64,000 nt of DNA from Chlorokybus atmophyticus (lineage: Eukaryota; Plantae; Mesostigma and Chlorokybus algae): the NCBI GenBank assembly GCA_009103225.1, contig RHPI01003603.1:47915-111914 (forward strand). Direction: 5' to 3'. A model generated the notes under the pieces. It saw only the letters and a list, made by a program, of their open reading frames with translations, ran no database searches and was not told the DNA's origin. Both the position numbers and the translations under genes were made by a program. Every line of letters begins with the position of its first letter. The first letter of the stretch is position 1. Positions 24,089 to 35,915 of this stretch are shown here, in pieces.

Positions 24089-26270
24089 CTAGGACTCCAT
24101 GGGAGTTTCAATGTCTGCATACGCGTCCAAACTAACAGGGCTATTTCCCGTGACCATGTTGGCTCGGAGAGACTCAGGAGCAGCTTCCGCCACTGCCTCG
24201 TTGACCTTCTCCTCCACCTTGGCCAGATCTGGTGTCCCATCACCAATCCCGGGACTAACCGGCGAGTAATGTCCCATGTCGTGCCCGTTGGCTAGCGCCG
24301 ACGGCATGCTGGGCACAGGCGTTGATGCGTTACTAGTACCATGTTGTGATGTCCTGCGGAGGCCCGCAGCCCGGTATACGGCCTCCTCGATCTGGTCTGC
24401 AACAGGGCCTTGGTCGGGCTTCATGAGTATATCCCACACGTGCTTGGACGCGCAGCGCATGACAGGGACCTCCAGCTCGCGGCGCAGCTTGGCAAACAGT
24501 TCTTCCCGAGTCATGCTTTCAAGCTCTTTTCGATTTTGATGCCGCAGCACGTTGCTGTTCAACACAGACTCTGTCGTGAAGCGCTGCAGATGAACCTGAC
24601 ATAACAATAGCTGCATTACTGAGCTGCAGGAAAAAAACAGCGAATGACATCAGCTTGCACAGGGCTTGAGGTGAGCCTTACGTTGGACTTCAGCAGAGAG
24701 GTCACTGTGCTGCGCAGCGAGTCAAAAGTGCCATCAGCCATGAGCTGCTCCAGCACAACCTCCGGAGTGATTGTACCTGCCAGAGCGATTGCTCCTGTCA
24801 GCCGCGTGTTGCAAATGGCCACACATACGCACGCACACGCGCGCACACACACACACACACACATGGATGTGCACGTGCGCGCGCGCGCGCGCGCGCGCAT
24901 GCAGGAGTGCAGGCAAACACATGAAAGACCTAAGGCCCACCTTCTTGTATGCGCAGCGTCTGCTGCGGCTGTGACTGCTGTTGTTGCTGCAATGCTGGCT
25001 GTTGTTGCTGCTGCTGCTGCTGCACAATTTGCTGCTGCTGCTGCTGCTGTGGTTGCACAGATTGATCATAAGGCAGCGGCTGCCCGTACGGTGCAAACTG
25101 CATGGACTGGTTGGTCATGGGATAGCTCGTACTAGGACCCCAACCCGTCACGTCCTGCATCATCCCTGCTTGAGCCATGCTCATGTCCTGCCCCTGCCAA
25201 TGGCCAGCGCCAGCGCCATACATCATTGAAGAAGGCGCCGCTGCCACCGGCGGCTGCGGGGTTCTGCAACGGTGGCATTCGCGTCTGTAGGGGTAATTGT
25301 CAAATGCACAATAAGGGTTAGGGCACTTCCACAATCCCGTCCTCGCATGCTCAGCTGCAACGCCCCTTGGAGCTTGACAGCGGTGGCATTCGGCACGTCG
25401 AGCGTAGTTGTTGAATGCACAGATGGTGCAGCGCCAGTCTCCACCTGGCGCTGATGTTGATGCTGGTTGTGGAGGTGGACCGGGCCCATGCTCTGAGTTG
25501 GCTGTTGTTGCTGTGGACGGGCGAGGGTGCGGGCGAGGGTGCTTGCAGACTTGGCACTCGGTCCTTTGTGAAGAGTTGTCATTGAAACAGGCTGCGCATT
25601 GCCAGGTGGCGCCTGCTGGTACACACGCATGCAATGGTCATCATAAGGGAGTCGGTGGCAGTCAGGAAGGAGCGCACGCATGCATGCAGTTCTGTGTGGG
25701 TTGCAGGAACACAAGCACAGACTTACATGCGAGCATGCATGCATATACGCGCTCCGCCGCAGGCATACGCACACACATGCGTTTGACAACGCAACATCTG
25801 CACGAGGACAGCAAAATCACACTTGTTGAAAACGACAACCAGGATGAAACAACGCACATGAGTTCAACAGCCCTGAAAATTGCAGCTTGCAGTGATGATA
25901 ACACTGCTGCTTATGGCAATGTAACACTGAACGCACAAGCACATGCAATTCCCACAGAAGCTGCGAACGTCTGTCGCTCATGCTCACCGTCAGCACTGGC
26001 GGCGGCGCCGGAGGGGCCAGCGGTGTTGTCGAGCTCGGCAATGCTGCGTGGCTGCTGGCATCGTCCGCACTCCTCTCTGCGTGCGTGATTATCGCAGGCA
26101 CACACGGCGCAGCGCCAGCCGGCCTGGGCCTCCCACTTGGCCTTCCCGCACCGCTTGCACTCCCTCCTGAAGGAGAAATTAAGGTTGGAGCAGTCCCGGC
26201 TGCTGCATACCCAGTCACCACTACCTCCGCCCCCGACGGCCCTCGCCCTCGCTCCGGCCTCCACGCCCAT
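24089..26270 (-). CDS. Five RanBP2-type zinc fingers + poly-Q + BOD1/Shg1-like helical domain; exons 26270-25988, 25615-24941, 24794-about 24682, about 24595-24089
   Basis: W-x-C-x2-4-C-x3-N-x6-C-x2-C fingers: WVCSSRDCSNLNFSFRRECKRC, WRCAVCACDNHARREECGRC, WQCAACFNDNSSQRTECQVC, WRCTICAFNNYARRAECHRC, WKCPNPYCAFDNYPYRRECHRC. Then QQQQ, and PEVVLEQLMADGTFDSLRSTVTSLLKSN|VHLQRFTTESVLNS..VWDILM..DQIEEAVY. All joins are in-frame GT-AG. Confidence 0.8.
24841..24898. repeat. Intronic (CA)n followed by (CG)n alternating tract
   Basis: gcgcacacacacacacacacac...gtgcgcgcgcgcgcgcgcgcgcgcat. Confidence 0.9.
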
Positions 26271-26345
26271 CGCCACCGCCGCCGCCGCCGCCCACGCCTG
26301 CACCCACGCTAGCAACCATCTCACTCATATGCTTATTGTCAGGGA

Positions 26346-26358
26346 TAGGGTTTGGGCC
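26346..26358 (-). promoter_or_regulatory. Telo-box with overlapping site II motif upstream of the zinc-finger gene
   Basis: TAGGGTTT (reverse complement of AAACCCTA) runs directly into TGGGCC, about 75 bp upstream of the ATG. This pair is known from plant promoters of growth-related genes. Confidence 0.45.
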
Positions 26359-28608
26359 CTGAGTTAGGGCCTCCAGATTGGTCGCTAACGTTAAAATATT
26401 GGAGGCTCGCAACTTCAAGTCTTGCCTGACAGATTGGCTTCCAGCAACGCTGCCCATGACTAACCAGTGCGCAAACCTGTAAGTGGATGAAGCTCATGCA
26501 TGTGTGGTTGCTTTGCATTATAGTTTCAAGTGCAAACTGGCAATGCGAGGATGTGTAGAGCCAAGTGTTTAGCAGTACATAAATGATAGCGTGGCACTGA
26601 TGAACAGCCGAGGTGTGGCAATGCAATGATCATTGCATTACATACCTTATGTAATCCATGTAATTAAGAGATTGACGGTGCATGCAATGCCTCCCTTCTT
26701 GAGGGCAGCGTATTCAGTGTGTGCCAATTGCAGCCTTCAATGCAGCATAGTGTACCTTTTCATTTGTCGACTGAAATCAAGAACTTTTATTGACATTCAT
26801 GCAAGGCTCCATGTATGAACAAGTGCACAGTTCGTAGTGTGTTCGCATGAAGTGCATGGCACCCTTTTTTGACTGGCTTGTCCAACTCCAATACGAGCAA
26901 AAGACAACAAGCTGGGTTGAATGTGCATGTTTTCTTGACTCGTTTACTTGCAGGTTGCAGCCCGCTTCATTTACACGTGGCATGTCGCACAATCCGATGG
27001 GACACTTTTTGTACACAGTTACGGGAACTTTTCATTATTTAGTACTCTGCATGACTTCGATTAATGTAATCAATCCTCCTACAGCTACTGAATCATAAGG
27101 ACTCCATTGACTCATGTGTCTTGCAGCACAGTGTGGTCCTCCGCTTCAAGGCGGCAAGATATGGGAGTTCCATTTGGTTGGCTAGTATAAGTATAAGACG
27201 TTTTCAAGTTTTACGGCTACCCTGCTCATGTTGTCTAATTTTTTACGGACATATATACATGCTATGAATACTTGGGTAGCAAGTTTTGCCGACAGGTACA
27301 TATTTTAATTGAACTTTTTGCCCCATTATATTGAGAAATACTGCATCCGCGGTCTCGAATACGGCGCCACAATTGGGGTGTGAGAGGTCTGCCTCAAAGT
27401 GAATTAACCCTTGCTTAGCGACTCACGAAACTCCCGCGGAATAACGTAAAACTTGAATCCGCATAAAGTTGCATGAGATTTTAAAGTAGGGTCTTTACAA
27501 CTATATAAATACAGTGCAAAAAACCATCCCATTTGAGCTTATAGTACATAACCAAATAATGACGTGCTTATATTTTGGGTAGTCGCACCCGTTTTCTCCT
27601 AAAGTGTCCATGCCAAATTCTATAACTTCCGGCCTGAAAAGCCGTTTGCCTGAGTTATAGGCTCTAAGGGTAGCTATCTTAATAAGGTTTAAGGTAAGAG
27701 ATTTTAAGGTAAGGTTGAAGCTAAGAATCAGATAAAAAAGGGACGAATGAGGGAGTCTTCTTCAAGAGACACACGGCGTTTCACGACGTCGTGGCTTTGT
27801 GTGCCATGCGCACGGTGGCAACACGTGACCTCCCTCCCGGCTAGGCGCAGGAGGCTATCCGTAGGAGCTGCCGTCGTGGCGGTGGTACCGGGCTGGACGG
27901 GCGCACATGGCCGATGGAGGGACGTGCTGCTCGCGGCAGCGGCGTAGGCAGCACTTACGCCGTTGTTGTTTGTTTAGGCACGGACCGCAGTATATGCTGT
28001 AACTTACACTTCTTGTTGGCTATTCAGTAAAGAGAGAGAGTTTGTTTGGCCTTTCAGTCGTCAAACGCGCACGCAGCAGCATGGCGACGGCACCTGATTC
28101 GGGAGTCACAGTTGCAATCCCTTATGCACCCTTGCGGATGGGACTGCTCTTCTATCTGACGTGGCTGAGCAGCTTGTGTTGCGCGTACTCGGCGATGGTG
28201 CTTCGCAAGCGCCGTGTCTCGCACAAGGCGGCAATGGCACTCGTGGTGTTGTGGCGGTCAGTACAGATGGCGTTTGTTGCGCGAGACGAGACCAACGGGC
28301 GCATAAGAAACCGTTGTCATGGGCTGGGATCACTGAAAACCGCGTTTGCCTGACATGATGGAGGAGTGTAACTGCTCGGCATATGACGAGATTTGGTTGG
28401 CGCTGTTTTGGGTTGGACCCTATGTGTTGCTCCTTTCACTATACCATGTCGCGAGCGGTTGTTGGCAACAATGCGCTCGGTGGCATACGGGATTGTTGTG
28501 ATGGGTGAAAACTTGGTAGGTGTTGGCAACGCCTTGGACTTGACCTGTGTTCCCTCGGTAGCAGACACGCCAGCAGACACGGCAGTGGGCACGTGTAAAC
28601 CTGCTCCC

Positions 28609-28770
28609 ATGGCGCACCATTGCAAAATCTGCCTGAAAGACGTAACGCATGATCACTCGTGTTTCTGTGTGCATTGCGGGCGCCGCTTCTGCCTGCTCCA
28701 TTGCCTTGCTGGCAACCAGCGCCGCGCTTCGCCAACATGTGGCCACGATGCCCAATTTTAGACTGCCCAG
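28609..28770 (+). pseudogene. Possible AN1-like zinc-finger exon remnant
   Basis: MAHHCKICLKDVTHDHSCFCVHCGRRFCLLH has Cx2C..Cx2Cx4Cx2H spacing. An in-frame TAG sits just before a strong donor (CCCAGG|gtaagt). Confidence 0.3.
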
Positions 28771-29608
28771 GGTAAGTTTTTGTTGCGTAAACAGCAAACT
28801 GTTCAAAAGTGTGAAAACGCTGTTTCCGTTTTCGGTTGCGCGTGCATGCACAAAACCTGCACTGCGTAATACTCGTAGTGCTCTGCGTCTGGGGACAATT
28901 CTAGGCAGCTGTATGTCCAAGATGCTGAGCATGCATTCGCACACACATAAGCGCACGTGTAAAGCTTCCATTATGCCTGTGCCATATAAAATTTGTGCCA
29001 GTCAACTGATTCTTGATGCGTGCAAGATCATATGGCCCCCTTAAGCCTGCTCCAACGTACGTGTGGAGCAAGCCTCGTTAATGCGGCTTCTACGTCCATT
29101 GGCTAATGATGTTTACTGCAAAAAACAGCTTGCAGCAAGGGTGCACATGCGAAACACATTTGCAACAGCAGCGGTGGTGCCCTGTTATGTGTGCAGTGTT
29201 CCAGAGCAGCAGTTAGCCTACGAGTTGTAGACTGCACCCACTCTCCCCTGCCGGGATGCAAAATCTGTAAAATACAAGAATCCATCACATGGTGTGAGGC
29301 ATCCACCTCTGCTACACACATGGGCTGCCAACCTGCGGCCAAACGCAATCCGCATAAGGTGCACGGACACCATCCTAGTGCACTCAATAGTTGACGACTT
29401 AATCAACAACATGACCCACTGCTCACTTTACAGTTGAACATGTCCCCTGCATGTGCCATGCACATGTACAAGACATAACCAGCGTCCATGTGTATGAGTT
29501 AAGCGCACTGTCCTAAGTTGGGAGAAGAGACTTTGTTCATTCTTCCGCGAAACAAGCATGGTCACACTCAACCCTAAGCCGCACACTGCAGTACTGGCAC
29601 AACTGCTT

Positions 29609-29904
29609 TTACCAGTTCATTGTGTCCATAGCGTGATGAATGTCGTCATGCAGCCTGCGTCGCTGCATGGGCGTCTCGCAAAAGCACTTGCCCCCGCAAA
29701 TTGGACACACAACCACCTTCTCCCCGCGGCACTGCCGGCACACGTGAACCCCAACACCATTGTATATCTGCGGCATTGCCAATCTATAAGTACGCATGCC
29801 CTGCAGGCTGACTGCCAAATGCAACAGCTCAATACCTTGCCTTTGGCGTTCCACAAGTTGCAGCGCACTACACCTTGCCCCTCACGCTCGTCGCATACTG
29901 GCAG
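29609..29904 (-). pseudogene. Degenerate DnaJ-type (CxxCxGxG) zinc-finger fragment
   Basis: After a ttttgcag acceptor: LPVCDEREGQGVVRCNLWNAKGK|gt, then VCRQCRGEKVVVCPICGGK. Two expected Cys read as R and W. Confidence 0.45.
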
Positions 29905-30532
29905 CTGCAAAACGAAAACACGATTAGCAAGGATGTCTGTTGGTGTGACTGTGTCTTTGCGGTAGCGCAGTGCCCCACCTGAAACACAGGACAACCAGCG
30001 TGCGTGTCTGTGCGCATGCTGGCTCACGAAACAGTTACGCCATACGATGCCACAACAACATACTATCCAATAACAGATGAGTGGCCAACAAGCAGTAGGA
30101 TGATAACACGCGTACTTAGTGCATCACTGATCACTTTACTCAACCAGATCAAGCAACCAGGCAATAGATGCTTAAGCATTGCGTCAGACAGGCAATGCTG
30201 CGAATAATATTGTGTTATGACAGTGCGCTCGAGCGCGGTTGACAGTTGTCCGACCTTCTTGTGGGGGACGGACAAGACTGAATGTGCCGACATGCGGACT
30301 GCATAAAGCGGCTGCGAAGTCCTCGCAGCCCTGCTGACCCCGTTGCGGTCATTTCAACACACCATTGGTGCAGGCGGCACTGCTCGTTGAAACAACACCA
30401 GCATCGTTGTGCTCCTGACCAATCTCTGCAAGTGTGGCCTTCAGCCCCAGCACACATGCAAGCTTATACGCAAATAGCAAGACAGTGCTTGCGTTGATGA
30501 CACTGATAACTGATCATCATTCTTGTCATTAC

Positions 30533-31095
30533 CTGACCATGGTGTTTAGAGCGGCGGTAGCGTGCATGTCGTGCTCGCAGTGAACCCGACCACCGTTGTC
30601 ACCGTCAGCTCCACCAGCAGCAGTACCGCATAGAAGCTTGTGCTTTGGCGGCACGAGCGTGAAGGATATCACGCATGACATGTCCTGTTGGTAACAAGAA
30701 TCCCTTCAGTAATGCGCACACGCATGCACGCATGTGCACACATGTCATGTGATGTTGTGTGGACAGTGAGTGTACGTTGGTCATCAGTGCAAAGCGTACC
30801 CTGAAGTCGTGGGAGTGGCAGGTGTTGAGGTCGGAACTGGCGCAAGGATGGTGATGTCCCAGGAGCGTCTGTCCATGTCAGGGTGGCAGGCGTCGCCCGT
30901 CACTGACAGTGCCTGCCCCACCACCCACGACGTCCCCGCCGCTGGAGACAACACCACTAGCGCAGTCTCTGCCATACTACCTGCCACCTACACAACTTGT
31001 GTGAGCCAGCGCGTGGGCTAGATGGCACGCAGTCACTTGCGCTCATCATGATGGGCTATGACAATGTACAGCTACATAGTGACAATCACCACCAC
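30533..31095 (-). pseudogene. Stop-riddled two-exon fragment resembling a bacterial-type PKD/Ig-like module
   Basis: One frame with several stops: LYIVIAHHDERK*..TQVV*VAGSMAETALVVLSPAAGTSWVVGQALSVTGDACHPDMDRRSWDITIL. The next AG/GT-bounded segment reads ISFTLVPPKH/SFYAVLLLVELTVTTVVGFTASTTCTLPP. Resemblance is from memory only. Confidence 0.35.
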
Positions 31096-31456
31096 CTGTA
31101 TACGAGTCAACTTGATTGCTTGAACAGTGACGTGTAGTCTTTCATGAGCAGAGCGCCTTGGTACTGTGGCGACAGTTCAGGTCAGAGCTGCACATCGTGG
31201 ACACGCTGAAGAATGCATGCTTGCCAGCGCCTCTTATGGAGGATGCAACCAGCTGAGCTTGCTTGGCTGGGCCATGAGGTAATGGTTCACAAAGTGCAGA
31301 GCAGTGATGGCCCCTGCCGTCTGTGCCATCGTCCGCGCCCTGGCTCGCTCTCGTGCACCCCCTCCTACACGCATGCACACACGCGCATCAACACCGCAGC
31401 AGTTCACTGACAGGACTTTCTGTGCCTGAACTTGTTGAGCAGGTTGCTGCGCTTAC

Positions 31457-31537
31457 ATCGGGAGATGGGGCGACGTAAAACGTCGCGGTTGCGCCTGGCG
31501 GCAAGGTCGTTGCAGCAGCAGCAAGTAACAGCAGCAT
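31457..31537 (-). other. Candidate signal-peptide exon of a secreted protein (status unclear)
   Basis: MLLLLAAAATTLPPGATATFYVAPSPD followed exactly in phase 0 by the donor GTAAGC. Divergent from the FHA gene. Confidence 0.35.
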
Positions 31538-32050
31538 AACAATCGCCAACCTGTTACGCTCATCCCAGCTCCAGCCGACCTCTCCGCATGCGCAAAAGTC
31601 TATGTGGCACATGCGCCACACGGCGCCAATAGGCACGCACGTGTGCGTTTGTGCCTATTGGCGCTGCATTGCTTGCGATAGCTGTGTGCGCCGCGCGCAA
31701 GCTATGCTTCGGCTGTGTGCTTGCTTGCGTAAAACGCATGCGCAGACAACCTTCGGCCCATCCATCAACACGGCTAACAGAGCAGGGCGTAGCAGTCCGC
31801 TACAGTATACCAGCAGGGCTCTGGTGTACGGTATGCGCCGGTCCTTGACGCCATAGACACAACAACAGCACACAAACAACATGTTGGGTATGGTGAGGCA
31901 TATCCGTCCCACAGGATAGGTGTTTGCTTTGAGGTCGCGCGGTGCGATTTGCCAGCAAGTGGCGCAGCAGGGCACTACTTGTTCGCACTGCCAATTGCAA
32001 CAGTTTGGTTTGTCAAGTGCATTGTTGCCACGTGGCAGGTCCGAGGCAAG

Positions 32051-32940
32051 ATGACGGCGGCGGCGGCGATGGCGATGGCCGGGGTGGTGGTCGCCAGGCC
32101 GAAGGCGTTCGTGCTGCCTGCACGCAGGCCTTCGTCGTCCGCGGCGGTGCGGTCATGGAGGCGGGCTTCGCCCATTCTGTGCATGGCACAGAAGTGGGTG
32201 CTTGTCCCTTCAGGCGACGGCGACACCCGGCACCTGCCCGAGCCGACGCCCATGCCGGGCGCCATCGACCTCAGCGACATCGGCAGCGTGGTCATTGGCA
32301 GGGAGGCTGAGAAGGCGGACGCCGTGCTGCCGGTGGCTACCGTCTCGGGCAAGCACGCCCGCCTGGATCGCCGCGCTCAGGGGGAGTATTGGGTGTCTGA
32401 CCTTGGTAGCACAAACGGCACCTACATCAACGGCTCCAGACTCAAGCCAAACCAGGCCGCCCGTGTTAACCCTGGCGTTGAGATCACCTTCGGTAAGCTC
32501 AACATTGCCTCTCCCAATAAGAAGATTGTAAAGCCTCGCTTACACTGGGCTTGCTTCTAGTCCCCAGCGTTAGGGTTTCTGCTTGCATGGGCTTCTGTTC
32601 TTTGACGTATTTTGCTGAAGAGTTTTGGAGTGGAGCAAGCTGTTTACACATTCTGTCTCTGCTGACATCCATGCTTGCTTCCAGTCCCGTTTTCAGAGGT
32701 TCTGCTGCTTGCATGTACTTTTGTTGCTAAAGTGCGCTTCAGAGTGTTGGTCGAGCAAGCTATCTACGCATGCTGTCTCAGCTCTCTTCTAATTGAGGGT
32801 CGTTGCATTACTATGGGGTCGCAGGGGATGTCCATCTGGCCAAGTTTGTGCTCAAAGTTGAAGAGGAGGAAGACAAGCCTGCTGAACCTGAGGCTGCTGA
32901 AGCTCCCGCTGGAGCTCCTGCTGAAGAGTCATCCGCTTGA
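32051..32940 (+). CDS. Plastid-targeted FHA-domain protein; exons 32051-32492 and 32825-32940
   Basis: Ala/Arg/Ser-rich transit peptide, then KWVLVPSGDGDTRHL, VVIGREAEKADAVLPVATVSGKHARL, SDLGSTNGTYING (FHA GR, SxxH and NGT motifs), ITFG|DVHLAKF; TGA at 32938-32940. Confidence 0.9.
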
Positions 32941-35915
32941 AATGACGCAGAGAACAGTAAGAATTATGTGAACTCATCAACAACCCAGCAAGATATATTG
33001 AACCTAGTTAGTGCGGTTGTAGTCTCGCCCCTTGCGCTGAACATGATCATGAAAATATAGTGGGGTTTTTGTTTGATTTGTAGAGTTGTCCTTCAATAGC
33101 TACCGGCAGTACAGTCTCATATGTGGTATCTGCATGTCCTGCATGGTTGCATTCAGACATTGGAAATTTTAAGTATCCCGGTTGCATCTTATGCGGCTGC
33201 GGGGATTTGCCCACATTCAAAACATGCATGTCTGTGGTTATCTGCACGCGTACAATGTGTGGGCTGTTGCAGAGGCAAGCTGCATTGTGCGGGTTTGGTA
33301 TGCTTGCAGATTGCTGCCGCACCTCCATTGTTGTGCTGGTGGTCATTGCATAGGCAAAAACAATGCGTGAACTGCAATGATGGACATGAACAATGCCAAG
33401 CACACATGCACGCTCAGCAGCAGTCGTACCAGCAAATGCAAAGCGGACAGTGTATAGCATGTGTTATGTTGCCTTTGCATCCATGCCCAACATCAACTAT
33501 GTTCAGGCTGTCCCTCGCACAAAAGGTCCAAGATGCATAATGTGTAAGATGCAGTATACTCAGCACATGTGTAGAATATTTTTAGAGCTTTCAGTGCACT
33601 CGTGCTGTTGGTATATGCCTTATTGCATACATTGCACACAAGCCCAAGCACATGCCATGCAATGTTTGGAGCTTCAAACTTGTCCTAGTGCGGCACATAT
33701 GTGAGGATGTGCGCCTGCTGTATGATGTGTGCATGGTGACATGTACTGTGTGCTCATGCGGCTGGAGGTACCACTGCTGCTGCAAGCTACTACAGCCGTC
33801 ATGAGTCAGCACTGCACATAGCCCAGCACCCTTAGTTCTTTGGGTTGTTGGCTTTGTGTGTAACCAGTTGGTATGCTTTGGCCTGCTGGTTGGTTTGTGC
33901 GTGTGTGTCACAGCGTGCTTGAGTGAATGTGTGTGATGAATGCGTGGGATTTGTGATTATTATACCCTATGTAACGCATGACACGATGCATGAGCAAGCA
34001 CGCCTCGCATTGTTTGTACAATGGTTTGCCTACACTTGTGGTTTGCGAATCTGCTGTATGTGGGCATATGGATGCCGTATCAACATAAATTACACTCTTT
34101 CGATCAGAGTGCTCCAGAGCTGCTAATAGCTTTGTTGCATGGCTATGGTTGCTTGCCTGATATGGTGTTGTAGTGAGTAATTGCGAATAATTGGCTTGTA
34201 TTGGCAATAGTCATACTTGTAAAAGCAAATTTAGCATGCATGAATGCATTGTTGGATTACCGTTTTTGATTGCCTTGTTGTAAACCAAACCAAAAAAAAA
34301 AATACAACAAAAAACTGCGTTTGTGCATTGACATAATGGATTGCACACCTCGAGCTCGTATGATGTGAGCAAAACATGTGAAGTCAACAATTGGTACTTA
34401 TGGATTAATGATTGAGGGCTTGAAATATATTGCACTATAAGTATACACCCTTTAGCCGACTTTTTGAAATATTTAAGTAAAACACGAATAGCATTATGCA
34501 CAATGGAGCCGTTGTTGGCATTACATTATTAAAGCTTTAACAGAAGGCTTGGTTGTGATGTAGCTAACGATATGAAGGGTTGTATGAAGCCTTCATTACA
34601 GTGCAGCACTGTAAAACTCAAACCAAATAATGCATTACAAGACAAATATAATTGAGCAAGTACAAATGTATTATTTCATTAACAACATGTTAATGTATGT
34701 GCAATCGTTAAGTTTTTAAAATTTCCTTTTTAATGTTACCAATAAGATGGCGCCTCAAGCAAATGTACAAAGCAATTTACATGCGTATGTACCCATTGCT
34801 TGACTACCATCAATAGTTTTTTCGCTAGCAACAACAAATGTTTTGCATTGACTTTGTGGTGGCTATAAACTTATCTCATGCAAGAATACAAGTATAGCCA
34901 TAAATCACAGGAGAAGCTGACAACGGCTATGCTCCCACATAGCGTAAATGAGTTGTTCGTATAATCGTCTCTATTTGGTAAATGCTGAATCATCATTGCA
35001 ATCCTTTACGTGCATTGACAAGCGCTGCCAAATATGCAATGTTAGTGAGATACAACGAGTTGAGTTTAAACTTCGTTAACTTTGCTTGTGTTGCGCCGCT
35101 CACTTAATAGCGGCAGAGATCATCGTGCCGATAGCATAGCTGCACAAAGCAAAGAACTCATGCAAACAAAACAATGCCCTCGCGAAGAGGTTAATTTAAC
35201 TACAGGAGAAGGAGGAACTCCAGCTAAGAAAGAACAGTCCATCTGCATTAAACACCAAACTGCATGTCTAAAATTATAAGATATGTTCTCGGTCAGAGGG
35301 CTTGTACGTACTTGGTATGAAGCGCGTTTTGTCTTATATAAGTATGTATGTAATTGTATTATAGTTGTTTCGTGTGCATATCATGTTTGCAGAGCAGTTT
35401 CAACTTGGCTTCAAATGGAAGCCGTCGTGATGTATGTATTTTCAAAAGACAAATTTCGGATTCACTTTCACAACAAGTTGTCACACTTAATTATAGTTAG
35501 GGAGGCGCACAGATCAAAGGCTTGCAAGGAGATAACGTGCCATCATATACATGAAATGCATAACCTGAGCGTATATTGTGTCGCAAGTGGCTTTGTCAAC
35601 CCCAATTTTGCAATAATTCAGCCAAAGTGTGGCCTGTTACATGAGTAGATTTAACGTAGCTTAGAGCCAATGATCGAGCCAATAAGGAACAAAGAGCCAC
35701 ATTAACTTCTTACACCTATTGATTGGAACACTAGTTACCAGCCACCATTGACACAACAGTGCACTGTTATCCTGAACAGATTGTCGGTTACACAACAAGG
35801 GAGGGATCATTAAGCACGGAAGTGTATGTGCTTCCGGAAGTCCATACGCCAGCCTCAGAAGGAATCATAGTTTTTGGTTTCCCTTCCGTCAACTTTGTCG
35901 TCGGCGGCGGGCGGG

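Noticed and set aside
27747-28358. GC-rich short ORFs (MRESSSRD..., MATAPDSG..., MAEQLVLRV...)
   Set aside because: No recognisable motif and no consistent exon structure; cannot be supported as a gene.
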